Of a DNA stretch of 64,000 nucleotides, positions 14,001-26,312 are shown in pieces. A program made the position numbers and the translations under genes. Each line of letters starts with the position of its first letter. Positions within the stretch are counted from its first letter, which is position 1. The notes under the pieces are model-generated. The model was not told the DNA's origin. It did not search any database and worked only from the letters and a program-made list of their open reading frames with translations. The DNA comes from the human T2T-CHM13v2.0 reference genome, Homo sapiens, in NCBI RefSeq assembly GCF_009914755.1, contig NC_060927.1. One strand, given 5' to 3'.

Positions 14001-15484
14001 TCATCAGCCCTGCTGCTGGACCATATGGGAGATTGGTCTGGAACTGGTGACGAGCATCTCTGGGGACAGTCCACCCTCCTCCAGTGGTCCCCATTTCAGA
14101 TTGGACAAGGTCAAGGTGGCTACTTCATGCTTCCTGGACAATCCTTCCTAAAATGCCCTGGCTTGCCACATCTGTACCAGTTAAAGGGTGTATCCTGGGA
14201 ATTCTGGGATTTGTTGGCTTGCCTGGTGGTCATTAAAGCTCCTGTATCTTTCCTGTGTTTCCTCTCTGTCTCTCTCGGGCCTCCTTTTCACTTATAAAAA
14301 ACCAAAGTATCCACTTTCAGGAGGTTCTCTAAAGTACTATCTAGTCCCAGGGCCTATTTCTGCAGCTTCTTCATGATATCAGGAGCTGCCTGAGTAATAA
14401 ATTTATCTTTCAGGATTAGTTGTCCCTCAACTGAATCAAGAGATAGACAAGTGTGCTTGACCAAGACCTCTCTTAGCCTTTCCAGGAAGGCAGTGGGATT
14501 TTCATCAAATCCCTGGTTTATCATGGATAACTTGGTATAAATGAGAGGCTTGGTCCTAGTCCTGTGTAACCCCTCCATTATGCACTCCTGAAAGTCTCCT
14601 CTTCCATTCTCCCATTTCGTCATTGGGATTCCATCCAGGGTCATCTATTGGTACTGCCTCTCTTCCAGTTGGATAAAGTTTGTCCCCTTCCCTGATGCTA
14701 TATGTGATACAAAGCTCATCCCTAAATCTCACTCTTGTTTGCAGAGCAGCCTGCTTCACAGTGTTAGTCAGGGTCTGATTCAAAAGTAACATAAAGTCTT
14801 TCCAGGAGAGCTCAAATACTTGGGTGAAATTCGGGAAAGCCTCTATTTATCTGTCAGAGTCATCTGAAAACTTGCCAAGATCCTCCTTAATCTGTTTTAA
14901 GTTCTGTAGACAGAAGGGAACCTGGACTTTACTGAGGCCAAATTCACCAGGCATCTGTTGGAGAGCAAGAGCGAGACTGGGGCTTGTCTAGGGTGAGGAT
15001 TTCTAGGAGGGGGCACGCAAGAGAGAGAAGCTGGATAGGGAGGATGAGGTAGACCTAGAGGAGCAAGGCTGCAGGGAGCTGGCTTCTCTGTTGGAGGTGC
15101 TTCTGGGATGTGTTTTATTAGTTCCCTGGGATTGCCCCTTGTAGCCTCCCCTGAGATGGCAAACAGGAGGGACGGATAAATCCTACACTGTCAGGAAAGG
15201 TCTGGATTGCCATGCAAGGTAAAGAAAGCCTGCACATACAGGGCCTCAGACCATCTGTCCTCATGTTTACAGAAAAGGTTCAACTGCAGGGCTGTATCAA
15301 AATGAATGGGTCCTTCCTGAGGCCAAACCAGTCCTTCTTGTAAAACATAATTTGGCCAAACCTTTGTGCAGAGGGATATGAGGCATTTTTCCTCCATAGT
15401 CTGAGGGTCAAATCAGTCCCATTGGTTCAGGGTACACTCCAGAGAAGTACAACCTGGGGATGGTGAAGATAGCTGGTTTCCAAT
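14001..15484 (-). pseudogene. gag: Defective retroviral gag
   Basis: Start decayed to ATT-GGA-AAC (M-G-N); MA motif WPQEGPIHFDTALQLNLFC..YVQAFF; MHR QGFDENPTAFLERLRE; two knuckles WYRCGKPGHFRKDC and CPI*NGDHWRRVDC; QQQG** end. Confidence 0.9.
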
Positions 15485-16811
15485 TCTAAAAGACAGGGAA
15501 ATAGAGGCATCCTTCATTTTCTTTCTTCTTTCAGTGATAACCAGAGGTGTAATGGAGAGAAAGTGGGCATCCTTTATTTCTCTTCCATCTTGTCACCTAG
15601 TCCTGGCGACCTTGGCAGGTGCCACCCACGGGTGCCAAAGTGATTTTCACCTGTGCTAACAGAGGAAGTGCTATTGGGTGGGAGTATCTTCTCTTACCCA
15701 TTACGCCCTATTTTCCCTGCCGTAAACAACCTTTGAGTTCCCTGGGCCTCATCTATGTCATGGAGCATGGCCTCCTTCCATGAAACAGAGATTTAGTTAG
15801 CAGGAATTGGTCCTACCCATTTACATTGTGCCTGTTGCCTAGCTTCGGATCCCTCAGATCAGGTTTTTCATTCTAGGGCCTCAATCTGAAGCCTAGAATT
15901 GATTTTGGGACAAATTTCAGGGGCTGCATGGATCTGTTTAGATTAAGTCTCAGATGTGCCCTGGTGAATTTGCAGTTATCAGCCAGCAGGGGTCGGTCAT
16001 CCACTGTTTTTCCTGTTATAAGCAGAGTGCTGGAGATAGGAACCCTCTCACTTAGAAAAGAATAAAGGAAATATCTTAAAGTACAAAAAAAAAAGTGTGT
16101 TTTGGGGGGAACTTCTTGCTCTGTACAAATGGGTTTCTTCAACTACTGTATCCCTTCCACGGTTCAGACCAGTAAGGACCACTCAACCATGGGAGGAAAA
16201 GCTCTACTGGTGCAGCAATCAGGAGGCACTGGGGGCCCAGTGGCAGCCATGGTTTTTTCCCACCCCTCATGGCCATTGGGCACAGCTTGTGCATGCTGCA
16301 GACAGGCCCAGGTGCCCAAGTCAGAAGGGGAGGCAGTAAGGTGGTAAGTCACTGCACCTTGTCCATCCCACGCATCACCTGCAGCCATTAGGGGGAGGTT
16401 TGGGGTCGCACCTCTAAGAACAAATGGAAACCAAATTGTTCTAAATTGCTCCCTTGATTGCTGGGCCAAACATACATTGTACTTAGTAACATCTCAGTAG
16501 TTTGCAGCATTACCCTTAACATTATACAGAAGAGATAGGAGCCATTTCAAGCCATGAAAAAACAAAAGACACCACAGCAAAGTCTGGGGATCTTGGCCAA
16601 AGAAGTTTAGTCTTGGGGCCTTCCAGCAACAAAAGATGCCTTTGGTTGCCCCAGGACTCTACTCTGGTTCCATGGAACGATTAGACTTCCATGAAGAAAA
16701 AAAGAGCCAATATTTATTTTACTCAAAGGAAAGAGGGAGGTGTCAGGGTCTTGGAAAAGAGGCAGATCCGACAGCTCTGCATCTGTACTCACCCTTGTGC
16801 TGAACCCCTGG

Positions 16812-16829
16812 ATCACAGGCGAGCCCCCA
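16812..16829 (-). promoter_or_regulatory. Primer binding site for tRNA-Pro
   Basis: Minus strand TGGGGGCTCGCCTGTGAT, 15/18 match to the tRNA-Pro PBS TGGGGGCTCGTCCGGGAT, right after the LTR end. Confidence 0.9.
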
Positions 16830-16830
16830 G

Positions 16831-17545
16831 TTAAGACGGAGGAGTTCCCTGACCCCTTAGTGGGACTTGCAACAGGGGTGTGACTCATTTACTCGGCCGC
16901 CATGCACTCAAACCCCTTATGGGAGCATGCAGGTGAGCTGGGGCAAGTGCTTTTGGGCTCTTGCCCCACGGCCATGTCTAGGGGTGCTACGATGCTCTTT
17001 TAGTTTTGCCATCTGTGGGTGGCTAAATGTTAACCAGCTCAGTGGAGTCAGGGTGACAGCCTTTTACACCCTGCCCTCTTGGTCCCCAGGTCCTTGTCCA
17101 TAATCCAGGAAGAATCAGCTCACACAGACTTGAAGAATGGTAAATGCGGGGATTTTATCGGGTGATGGAGTTGGCTCTCAACAGAATGGATGAGGAGCTG
17201 AAAAAGAGATGGAGTGAGAAGATGATCTTTCCCTGGAGTTCAGCTGTCTCGCGGCCGATCTCCTCTCTGACCATCCCCAGACAAACTCCTCTCAACGTTC
17301 AAAAGCTCCTTCTCTTCTTTCTTTCACTGCTGTGCTGTTCTGCCACTCTGTCAGTGGAGCTTGGGGTTTATATTCATACAGGATAGGAGCATGGCAGGCC
17401 AGAGTGGTTTTGGAAAAGGCAGCATTTGGGCACAAAAACATGAATGCCTATTCCCTTTGAGGGACATGGATTACCAGGCTTGAGGGTGGGGCCTTTGCAA
17501 GGGAATTGCCCTCTTCTACTAGGTCCCTGCCTCCTGTCCATATCG
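16831..17545 (-). mobile_element. 5' LTR of the provirus (LTR1/LTR27/LTR28 family)
   Basis: Minus start (C)GATATGGACAGGAGGCAGGGA..AGAAGAGGGC..AAAGGCCCCACCCTCAAGCCTGG; TATA-like AATATAAACCCC; abuts PBS. Confidence 0.85.
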
Positions 17546-17577
17546 CTAGCATTAAGATGCCAAGTGAGAAATTTCAG

Positions 17578-18182
17578 CATTTGAGAATTCACTCTGCCAG
17601 CAAGCTAGCAAGTTAGCCAGTCATAATTTTACAGTTGCATCTGGTGGAAAGATATTAGACTTCTGAGTAAGAGCAAAGTTTCTTATTCAATGCAGTAGAT
17701 TAGCCAGAGTAACACTTCACATCAGTTCTCTGAGCCCCAGTTTTCACAGGGCAACATGATAAGGGCCAGGTGGTACATGAATATACCATGGGGAAGCATT
17801 CCAGGAAAGGAACCTCGCCTTTAGGACACTCTAGTCTTATAAATGGGCTGCTGACAAACCTGTTCTTCTCCCCTCTTGAGACAGACACTGTCTTTATACC
17901 TTGGAATATAAGCAAGTTCATTTTGGAGAAGTAGGAGGGTCTCTATAATTATTAAACTGGAATGTCTCACGGGTAAGACATCTTTAAATCACTACAGAAG
18001 AAGTTACTGGCTTTCTCTTTACTATCTGGAAATGTAAATACATTTGCACCAGAGGGAGTTCCTGTCTCTATCTTTCCAGGGTGGCTTGTAAAAACATTCT
18101 TGAGACTATAGTTCTGGAGAACAAAGACTAATGTCTGGATGTGTAGAAACAATAGAGATTCATCAAGAATTATCTAGCAGCA
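17578..18182 (-). mobile_element. ERVL LTR (MER74/MER54-like)
   Basis: Minus start TGCTAGATAATTCTTGATGAATCTCT..GGAAAGATAGAGACAGGAACTCCCTCTGG resembles the MER74 group. Confidence 0.6.
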
Positions 18183-18942
18183 TCACAGAAGTGTGGATAA
18201 AAAACTGTGATATTATTTTTAACTATCAAAGAATATAAACATATGTGTGTATTGGAAATACACACCCACTACTAGTGATTATTTGTAGAGATTTACTCTC
18301 ATATCATGGTAAATTTGGAAATTGTCACAAGTTCTTTTAAAAGCACATTTAAAATATGAATTAATATTAATATCATTCATGTTGTTCGACTCAGTACATC
18401 CAAGCTAAAGAATTCAAAGTTCTCAGTAGTGTGCTTTATAATTTTTGTTATAGAAATATTTAAAACAGCATATTATATAAAGAGAGAATAATGGTGAAAT
18501 ATATTTGGAATACCCATTCAATGGAATAACTTCGAACAATACATTTGCTGAGAGAATAGCACCTAAGATAATGTTAGGTTAAAACACAATTATTGCTGAG
18601 CTGAAAACATTATAGATAGATGCAGATATGGATACAGCTATATAGATGTACATATGTAAATATGTAGAATCAGATACAGATACAGTACAGATATATATTT
18701 AGAACAGTAACAAGAAGAAAATATTTTAACATAATTTTTTTCAGTAAGTCTGTGGAAGATTTATATTTTTCTTTATACATTTTTGCATTTTCAAAAGCCC
18801 ATGTATAAAGTATCACTTTTATCTTATAAAAAGTTTTATAAATTAACCTCTATTTTTTAAATTGTATTTGGCTTTTTAAATGCCATCCACATTAACACCT
18901 CAATCTGTTTTCACATATTTGAGTGATATTTTAATTGGTTGG

Positions 18943-19300
18943 TGATATGGTTTGGCTGTGTCCCCACACAAATCTCATCTTGAATTGTAGCTCCCATAAT
19001 TCTGACATGTTGTGGGAGGGACCAGGTGGGAGGTAATTGAATCATGAGGGTGGATGCTGTTCACATGACAGTGAATAAGTGAATAAGTCTCATGAGACCT
19101 GATGGTTTTATAATGGGGAGTTACCCTACACAAACTCTCTTCTCTTGTTGTTGCCATGTGCGACATGTCTTTCACCTTCTGCCATGAATGTGAGGCCTCC
19201 CCAGCCATGTGAAACTGTGAGTCCATTAAAACTCTTTTTCCTTATAAATTACCCAGTCTCATTTACATCTTTATCAGCAGTGTGAAAATGGACTAATACA
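18943..19300 (+). mobile_element. THE1 LTR (outer element 5' LTR, THE1B/C-like)
   Basis: TGATATGGTTTGGCTGTGTCCCC...GGACTAATACA; preceded by TSD GTTGG, followed by int start GTAAATTGGTACC. Confidence 0.95.
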
Positions 19301-19343
19301 GTAAATTGGTACCAGTAGAGTGGGGCGCTGCTTTAAAGATACC

Positions 19344-19658
19344 TGTATTAGTCTGTTTTCATGCCACTGATAAAGACATATACATGAATGGGCACTTTAC
19401 AAAAGAAAGAGGTTTATTGGAATTACAGTTCTACATGGATACACAGATAGCAGCAGGCAAAGAGATAGCTTGTGAAAGGAAACTCCTGTTTTTAAAACTA
19501 TCAGTTCTCCTGATATCCATTCACTGTCATGAGAACAGAACAAGAAAGATCCGGCCCCATGATTCAATCATCTCCCACTGGGTCCTTCCCACAATATGTA
19601 GAAATTACAAGAGCTACAAGATGAGATTTGGGTGGGGAAGCAAAGCCAAACCATATCA
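19344..19658 (-). mobile_element. THE1 LTR (inner element 3' LTR, THE1A-like)
   Basis: Plus strand TGTATTAGTC...CCAAACCATATCA; internal deletion. Confidence 0.92.
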
Positions 19659-21182
19659 TTCCACTCCTGGCCCCTCCCAAATCTCATATCTTCACATTTC
19701 AAAAGCAATCATGCCTTCCCAACAGTCCCCCAAAGTCTTAACTCATTTCAGCATTAACTGAAAAGTCCACAGTCCAAAGTCTCATCCATGGCAATACAAG
19801 TCTCTTCTGTCTACCAGCCTGTAAAATCAAAAGCAAGTTAGTTACTTCCAAGATGCAAAGGAGGTACAGGAATGGGGTAAATACAGCTATTCCAAATGGG
19901 AGAAATTGGCAAAAACAAAGGGGCTACAGGTCCCATGCAAGTCTGAAATACAGCAAGGCAGTCAAATCTTAAACCTGTAAAATGATCTCTTTTGACTCCA
20001 TGTCTCACATCCAGGTCACACTGACACAAGAGGTAGGTTCTCATAGCCTTGGGCAGCTCCACTCCTGTGGCTTTGCAGTGTACAGCCTCCCCTCCAGCTG
20101 CCTTCATGGGCTGGTGTTGAGTGTCTACAGCTTTTCCAGGTGCACAGTGCAAGCTGACGGTGGATCTACCATTCTGGGGTCTGGAGGATGGTGGCCCTCA
20201 TCTCACAACTCCACTAGATGATGCCCTAGTAGGGACTCTGTGTAGGGGCTCCCACCCCACCCCACATTTCCCTTCTGCATTGCCCTAGCAGAGGTTCTCT
20301 ATGAAGACTCCACTGCTACAGCAAACTTCTACCTGGATATCTAGGTGTTTCCATACATCTTCTGAAATATAGTTTGAGGTTCCCAAACCTCAATTCTTGA
20401 CTTCTGTGTACTTGCAGGCTCAACACTATGTGGAAGATGCTAAGGCTTGGGGCTCCCACCCTCTGAAGCCATGGCCTGAGCTCTATGTTAGCCCCTTTCA
20501 GCCATGGCTGGAGCAGCTGGGATGCAGGGCACCAAGTCCCTAGGCTGCCCATAGCACAGGGACCTTAGGCCTGGCTCACAAAACCATGTTTTCCTCCTAG
20601 GCCTCTAGGCCTGTGATGATAGGGGCTACCATGAAGATCTCTGACATGCCCTGGAAACATTTTTCCCATTATCTTGGGGATTAACATTTGGCTTCTCAAT
20701 ACTTATGCAAATTTCTGCAGATTTGCAGAATGGGATTTTCTTTTCTATCACATTGTCATGCTGAAAATTTTCTGAACTTTTATGCTCTATTTCCCTCATA
20801 AAACTGAATGCCTTTAACAGCACTCAAGTCATATCTTGAATGCTTCACTGGTTAGAAATTTCTTCCACCATATACCTTAAATCATCTCTCTCAAGTTCAG
20901 AGTTCCACAAATCTCTAGGGCATGGGCAAAGTGTCATCAGTCTCTCTGCTAAAACAATGAGAGACACCTTTGCTTCAGTTCCAAACAAGTTCCTCATCTC
21001 CATCTGAGACCACCTCAGCCTGAATTTTATTGTCCATATCATTATCAGCATTTTGGTTAAAGCCATTCAATAAGCCCTAGGAAATTCTAAACTTTCCCAC
21101 ATTTTCCTGTCTTCTTTTGAGCTCTTTAAATTATTCCAACCTCTGCCTGTTACCCAGTTCCCAAGTTGCTACTTTCAGGTAT
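19659..21182 (-). mobile_element. THE1-int, minus orientation, lacking first ~40 bp
   Basis: Reverse complement of THE1 internal sequence; ORF-track peptides are antisense counterparts of those at 21940-22760. Confidence 0.92.
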
Positions 21183-21508
21183 TGATATGCTTTGGCTCTG
21201 TATCCCCACCCAAATCTCATATTGTAGCTCCCATACTTCCCATGTGTTGTGGGAGAAACCTGGAGGAAGACGATTGAATCATGAGGGCAGGTCTTTTCTT
21301 TGCTGCTCTAGTGATAGTGAATGGGTCTTACGAGATCTGATGGTTTTAAAAACAGGAGTTTCCCTACACAAGCTCTCTCTTTCCCTGCTGCCACCCATGT
21401 AAGATGTGACTTGCTCCATGTAGAACTGTAGATCCAACAGACCTTTCTTTTGTAAGTTGCCTGGTCTTGGGTATGTCTTTATCAGCAGCATGAACATGAA
21501 TTAATACA
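21183..21508 (+). mobile_element. THE1 LTR (inner element 5' LTR, THE1A-like)
   Basis: TGATATGCTTTGGCTCTG...TAATACA; shares variant CATGTAGAACTGTA and a nearby deletion with the LTR at 19344-19658. Confidence 0.92.
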
Positions 21509-23085
21509 GTATATTGGTACAAGTAGAGTGTGGCATTGCTGAAAAGATATCACAAAATGAGGAGGCAACTTCAGAACTAGTTAACAGGCAGAGGTTGGAA
21601 CAGTTTAAAGGGCTCAGAAGAAGATAGGAAAATGTAGGAATGCTTGGAACTCCTTTGAGACCTATTGAATGGCTTTGACCAAAATGCTGATAATGATATG
21701 GACAATGAAATCCAGACTGAGGTTGTCTCAGGTGGAGATGAAGAACTTGTTGGGAACTGGAGTAAAGGTGACTCTTGCTATGTTTTAGCAAAGAAACTGG
21801 TGGCATTTTGCCCCTGCCCTAGAGATTTGTGGAACTTTTAACTTGAGGGAGATGATTCAGGGTATCTGGTGGAAGAAATTTCTAAGCAGCAAAGCAGTGA
21901 AGATGTGACTTGGGTGCTTTCAAAAGCATTCAGTTTTAAATGAAAACAGAGCATGAAATTTTGAAAAATGTTCAGCCTGACTATGCAATAGAAAATAAAA
22001 AACCATTTTCTAAGAAGAAATTCAAGCTTGCTGCAGAAATTTGCATAAGTAACAAGAAGCCAAATGTTAATCACCAAGACAATGGGGAAAATGTCTCCAG
22101 GATATGTCAGAGAACTTTGTGGCAATCTCTCCCATCTCAGGCCCAGAAGCCTAGGAGAAAAAAATTGCTTGTAGGCCAGGCCCGGGGGCCCCTTGCTGTG
22201 TGCAATCTAAGGACTTGGTGCCCTGCGTCCCAGCTGCTCTTGCTGTGGCTAAAAGGGACCAAGGTACAGCTCAGGCCATGGCTTCAGAGGGTGCAGGCCC
22301 CAAGCCTTGGCAACTTCCACTTAGTGTTGAGCCTGCAGGTACATAAAAGTCAAGAACTGAGGTTTGAGAACCTCCAACTAGATTTCAGAGGATTTATGGA
22401 AAATCCTGGATGTCCAGGCAGGAGCTTGCTGTAAGGGTGGGACCCTCATGGAGAACCTCTGCTAGGGCAGTGTGGAAGGTAAACATGGGGTTAAAGCCCC
22501 TACATAGAGTCTTCACTGGGCACCGCCTAGTGGAGTTGTGAGAAGAGGGTCACTGTCCTCCAGACCCCAGAATGGTAGATCCACCAACAGCTTGCACCGT
22601 GAGCCTGGAAAAGCTGCAGACACTCAATGCCAGCTTGTGAAATCTGCCAGGGGAGAGGCTGTACTCTACAAAGCCACAGGGGTACAGCTGCCCAAGACCA
22701 GGGGAACCCACCTCTTGCATCAGTGTTAGCTGGATGTGAGACATGAAGTCAAAGGAGATCATTTTGGAGCTTTAAGATTTGACTGCTCTGCTGGATTTTG
22801 GACTTGCATGGGGCCTTTAGCCCCTTCATTTTGGCCAATTTATCCCATTTGGAATGGATGTATTTATCTAATGCCTATACCTCCATTGTATCTAAGAAGT
22901 AGCTAATATGCTTTTGATTTTACTGACTCATAGGCAGAAGGGACATGACTTGTCTTAGGTGAGACTTTAGACTATAGACTTTTCAGTTAATGCTGAAATG
23001 AGTTAAGACTTTGGGGGACTCTTGGGAAGGCATGATTGCTTTTGAAATGTGAGGACATAAGATTTGGGAGGGGCCAGGGGTAGAA
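21509..23085 (+). mobile_element. THE1-int, plus orientation, full length
   Basis: GTATATTGGTAC start; PPT-like GGGAGGGGCCAGGGGTAGAA end; ~1.58 kb. Confidence 0.93.
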
Positions 23086-23446
23086 TGATACAGTTTGGCT
23101 ATGTCCCCACCCAAATCTCATCTTGAATTGTAGCTCTCACAATTCCCACATGTTGTGGGAGGGATCCAGTGGGAGGTAATTGAATCATGGGTGCAGGTCT
23201 TTCTTGTGCTGCTTTTATGGTAGTGAATAAGTCTCCCAAGATCTGATGGTTTTATAATGAGGTGTTTCCCTGCACAAGCTCTCTTCTCTTGTCTGCCACC
23301 ATGTGAGATGAGCCTTTCATCTTCTACCATGATTGTGAGGCCTCCTCAGTCATGTGGAACTGTGAGTCCATTAAACCACTTCTATCTTATAAAATACCTA
23401 ATCTCAGGGATGTCTTTACCAGCAATGTGAAAAATGGACTAATACA
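23086..23446 (+). mobile_element. THE1 LTR (outer element 3' LTR)
   Basis: TGATACAGTTTGGC...GGACTAATACA followed by TSD GTTGG (23447-23451). Confidence 0.95.
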
Positions 23447-24149
23447 GTTGGTTATTTGCAAGGTAATTTTATTTTATGGGTTTATTTTATGGTCAAGAGT
23501 TTCTAAAACTAAGGCTATATAGGATCTCATGTTAAAACCTAGCAATGAGATTTATAATAAAGGATATGGCTACATTTTTGACCACTGATAGCTTTACTTT
23601 TCTTTCTTTTCCACATTAGGCCAAGCTGATTTTAAAACCCGCTAGCTTCTTCCCTGGTCACTAGCAGGAAGTTTGAAGCCCATAAATTCCCTGTGGGTGC
23701 ATAGGAACATTTACCCAGAACATTCCTCTAGTCACTATAAGGGCCCAATCCACTCTCTCTGCTCAAGCCCAGTGGATTGATTTGGGTGCTCATCCTTCTA
23801 TCTCCAGAAAATTTCATTATGTGAGTAAGAAATCCTTTTGTAATCTTTTGAGGCATGTTTGGCATCATCAGGCTAGGCATCTGAATCAATTTTGTTTGAG
23901 GAGTGTTGATCCCATACTCCTTGGAGTAACCACCAAAGAATGTTTTTTTGCATTTAAATGTATCTATACACACTCATACACACACACATACATACAAAAA
24001 CATGAACATGTAAATTATATATTGCATATTATATATAATATATCTAGCTGTCTATATCTTCTAAATTCATAGATTCAGTTTTATTCTGGGGAATTTTTAT
24101 GGTCTTTTGAGAACATAATCATACCTTAAGAAACAAAATGTTTAACCAC

Positions 24150-24413
24150 TTTTTTTTTTTTTTTTTGAGAAGGCGTTTCACTCTGTCGCCCAGGCTGGAT
24201 TGCAGTGGGGCCATCTTGGCTCACTGCAAGATCTGCCTCCCAGGTTCAGACCATTCTCCTGCCTCAGCCTCCTGAGTAACTGGGACTACAGGTGCCCGCC
24301 ACCATGCCCGGCTAATTTTTTGTAGTTTTAGTAGAGATGGGGTTTCACTGTGTTAGCAAGGATGGTCTCAATCTCCTGATCTCGTGATCCACCCGCCTCA
24401 GAATCCCAAAGTG
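24150..24413 (-). mobile_element. AluY-like, 5'-truncated by ~35 bp
   Basis: Poly(T) plus reverse-complement Alu with CTGCAAG and GTGTTAG..GGATGGTCTC; TSD GTTTAACCACTTTT on both sides. Confidence 0.93.
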
Positions 24414-24589
24414 GTTTAACCACTTTTAAACTTAGTGATGCCAAGCAGAGAGATCGAGCCAATGTATTAAAGTCTCCTCAGGATAATTATAACATAACAC
24501 TCACAGACAGTGGAATGTACACTAAGGAAAAGAGATAAAATATCAAAATCAAGAAAAAACCTGTTTCTCTTCAAAAGCAATCCTGTTTC

Positions 24590-25770
24590 TCTCCCAGTAT
24601 TTTTTTTCTAACACCACCATGTAGCCTAACTAGAAACTTAGGAATCCATTGTAATTCCTCTTTTACTCTCACACTGTACATCCAATTGAATAAATTCCAG
24701 TCTGTTCTAGTTTCTAAATAGTTCTTTAAACAATTTATTCTTATCTTTAATGTCATCATCCTTGTCCTGGCCATCACCATCACCCACTTGATATACATAG
24801 TCAACTTCTAAAGTGGCTTCATTCATTTTGTTCTTTCCATCGTCCAATTTTTTAGACATACCTTTTGCTTACAACTTTTCAGAACATTCATTTTTCCTTT
24901 AAAATAAGCACTAATGATTACTCTCTAGTCTACAGAGTAAAAACGTACCAATTTGGCACCTGCATTCCACCTGCATTCCACTTTGTATGTTATTTTGCAT
25001 AATTGTTCTATTCCATTCACACTGGCTTTCTTTCTGCCTCTCAAACAGTTTAATTTTTTCTGAGCCTCAAGGTCTTTGCCCATAATGTTCCTTATGCTCA
25101 GAGCTGGCATTCAGCAAAGATGCACTGGTACTACATAACTGGTTTGTGAAATATAAAATATTCCCAAACCTGTTGGCAAGTAGCTACTGACCCAACCCCC
25201 TCAAGTGCTCCACTGCTGCTCTGATCTGCAGGCTCCTTATTTGGGCCTCCCCAGATATCCTCACAATTAGCAATTAAAGGGCTAATTGCAATAGCAAGGG
25301 TCCCTGTGATAATTTTGTGGCTTTCTGCCTAGCATCTATTTTGAGTGGTGCCTATAATAAATGTCCCACTTTCTAGGTGATGCCATTGGCTCCTTTAAGA
25401 GATCCTAGATGGCAGATGTATATGTTCCATATACGCCCTACTCTCAGACCCAGGAAAGCCGAGTTGTGTACCACAATGAAGCTGTGTAACATTCATCGAT
25501 CTACCAAACAGATTTTCTCTACGTATCCCCTAGCCAAAGAGGTTTTCTGATTATCATACCAAATGCAGAATTCTACAATGTTCTCTGTTGAAATATTTTA
25601 TTTATTTTCTTCATAAGTCTTTTTAAAACCCTCTATTATCATGGTTATTTTTTCTTTACTTTTTTTTTGTATATTTAAATTTCAGGGTTGTTTTATTCCC
25701 ATTGTTTCTCCTAGTGTCTAGCATATATAGTAGGTGCTTTGATGTATTTGTTGAATTAATAAATCAATCA
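24590..25770 (+). mobile_element. L2 fragments, with an unassigned insert at ~25100-25480
   Basis: L2-like AGAAACTTAGGAATC, GCCTCAAGGTCTTTGC and 3' end TAGTAGGTGCTTTGATGTATTTGTTGAATTAATAAAT. Confidence 0.6.
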
Positions 25771-26126
25771 ATTTCTCATGCCTCTGGCATAAAGAAAATA
25801 GAGATCATTTTGTTTTTTGGGTGTAAGAAGTGTTATCAACAATGTGGACCTAAGAATATAAGGGGAGCAAGAATTCTTACTACTCAAGTCCAACTCAAAA
25901 TAACTGATATTCCTAGAGAGTTATAAAGATTATTTTGTCCAATCCTTTCTCAAAGTAGCTCTTCGTCTATTAGCTTTATTTCTTTATATCCAAGCAAGTC
26001 TTCTATCAATGGAGAAGAGAGTTGGGAGTATTTATTTATTTTTGGGGGGGAAATTTATCCAATGCTCATGTCTTCTTAGTGTGATTTCTTCACACATCAT
26101 CAAGAAAGCACATACAGTTGACCTCT

Positions 26127-26312
26127 GTGGAAGAGATCACTACTTACTTATCAATACCTACTCTCCCCTTCTCTCACACAAAAATATAACTTCAAAGTTG
26201 GTAAAACTTATGTCTATACAGAATATAAACTACTATTTTCCAGCATACTTTGTAGCAAGATACGGTAATGTTACAAAGTTCTAACCAATTGGATGTGAAC
26301 AGAAAATATATA
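26127..26312 (+). mobile_element. LTR33-like ERVL LTR 5' fragment
   Basis: TTTTCCAGCATACTTTGTAGCAAG..GTTCTAACCAATTGGATGTGAACAGAA resembles LTR33/LTR16 motifs. Confidence 0.55.

Noticed and set aside
19306-22762. Many 60-164 aa ORFs on both strands
   Set aside because: Fragments of THE1 internal/LTR sequence, broken in both copies
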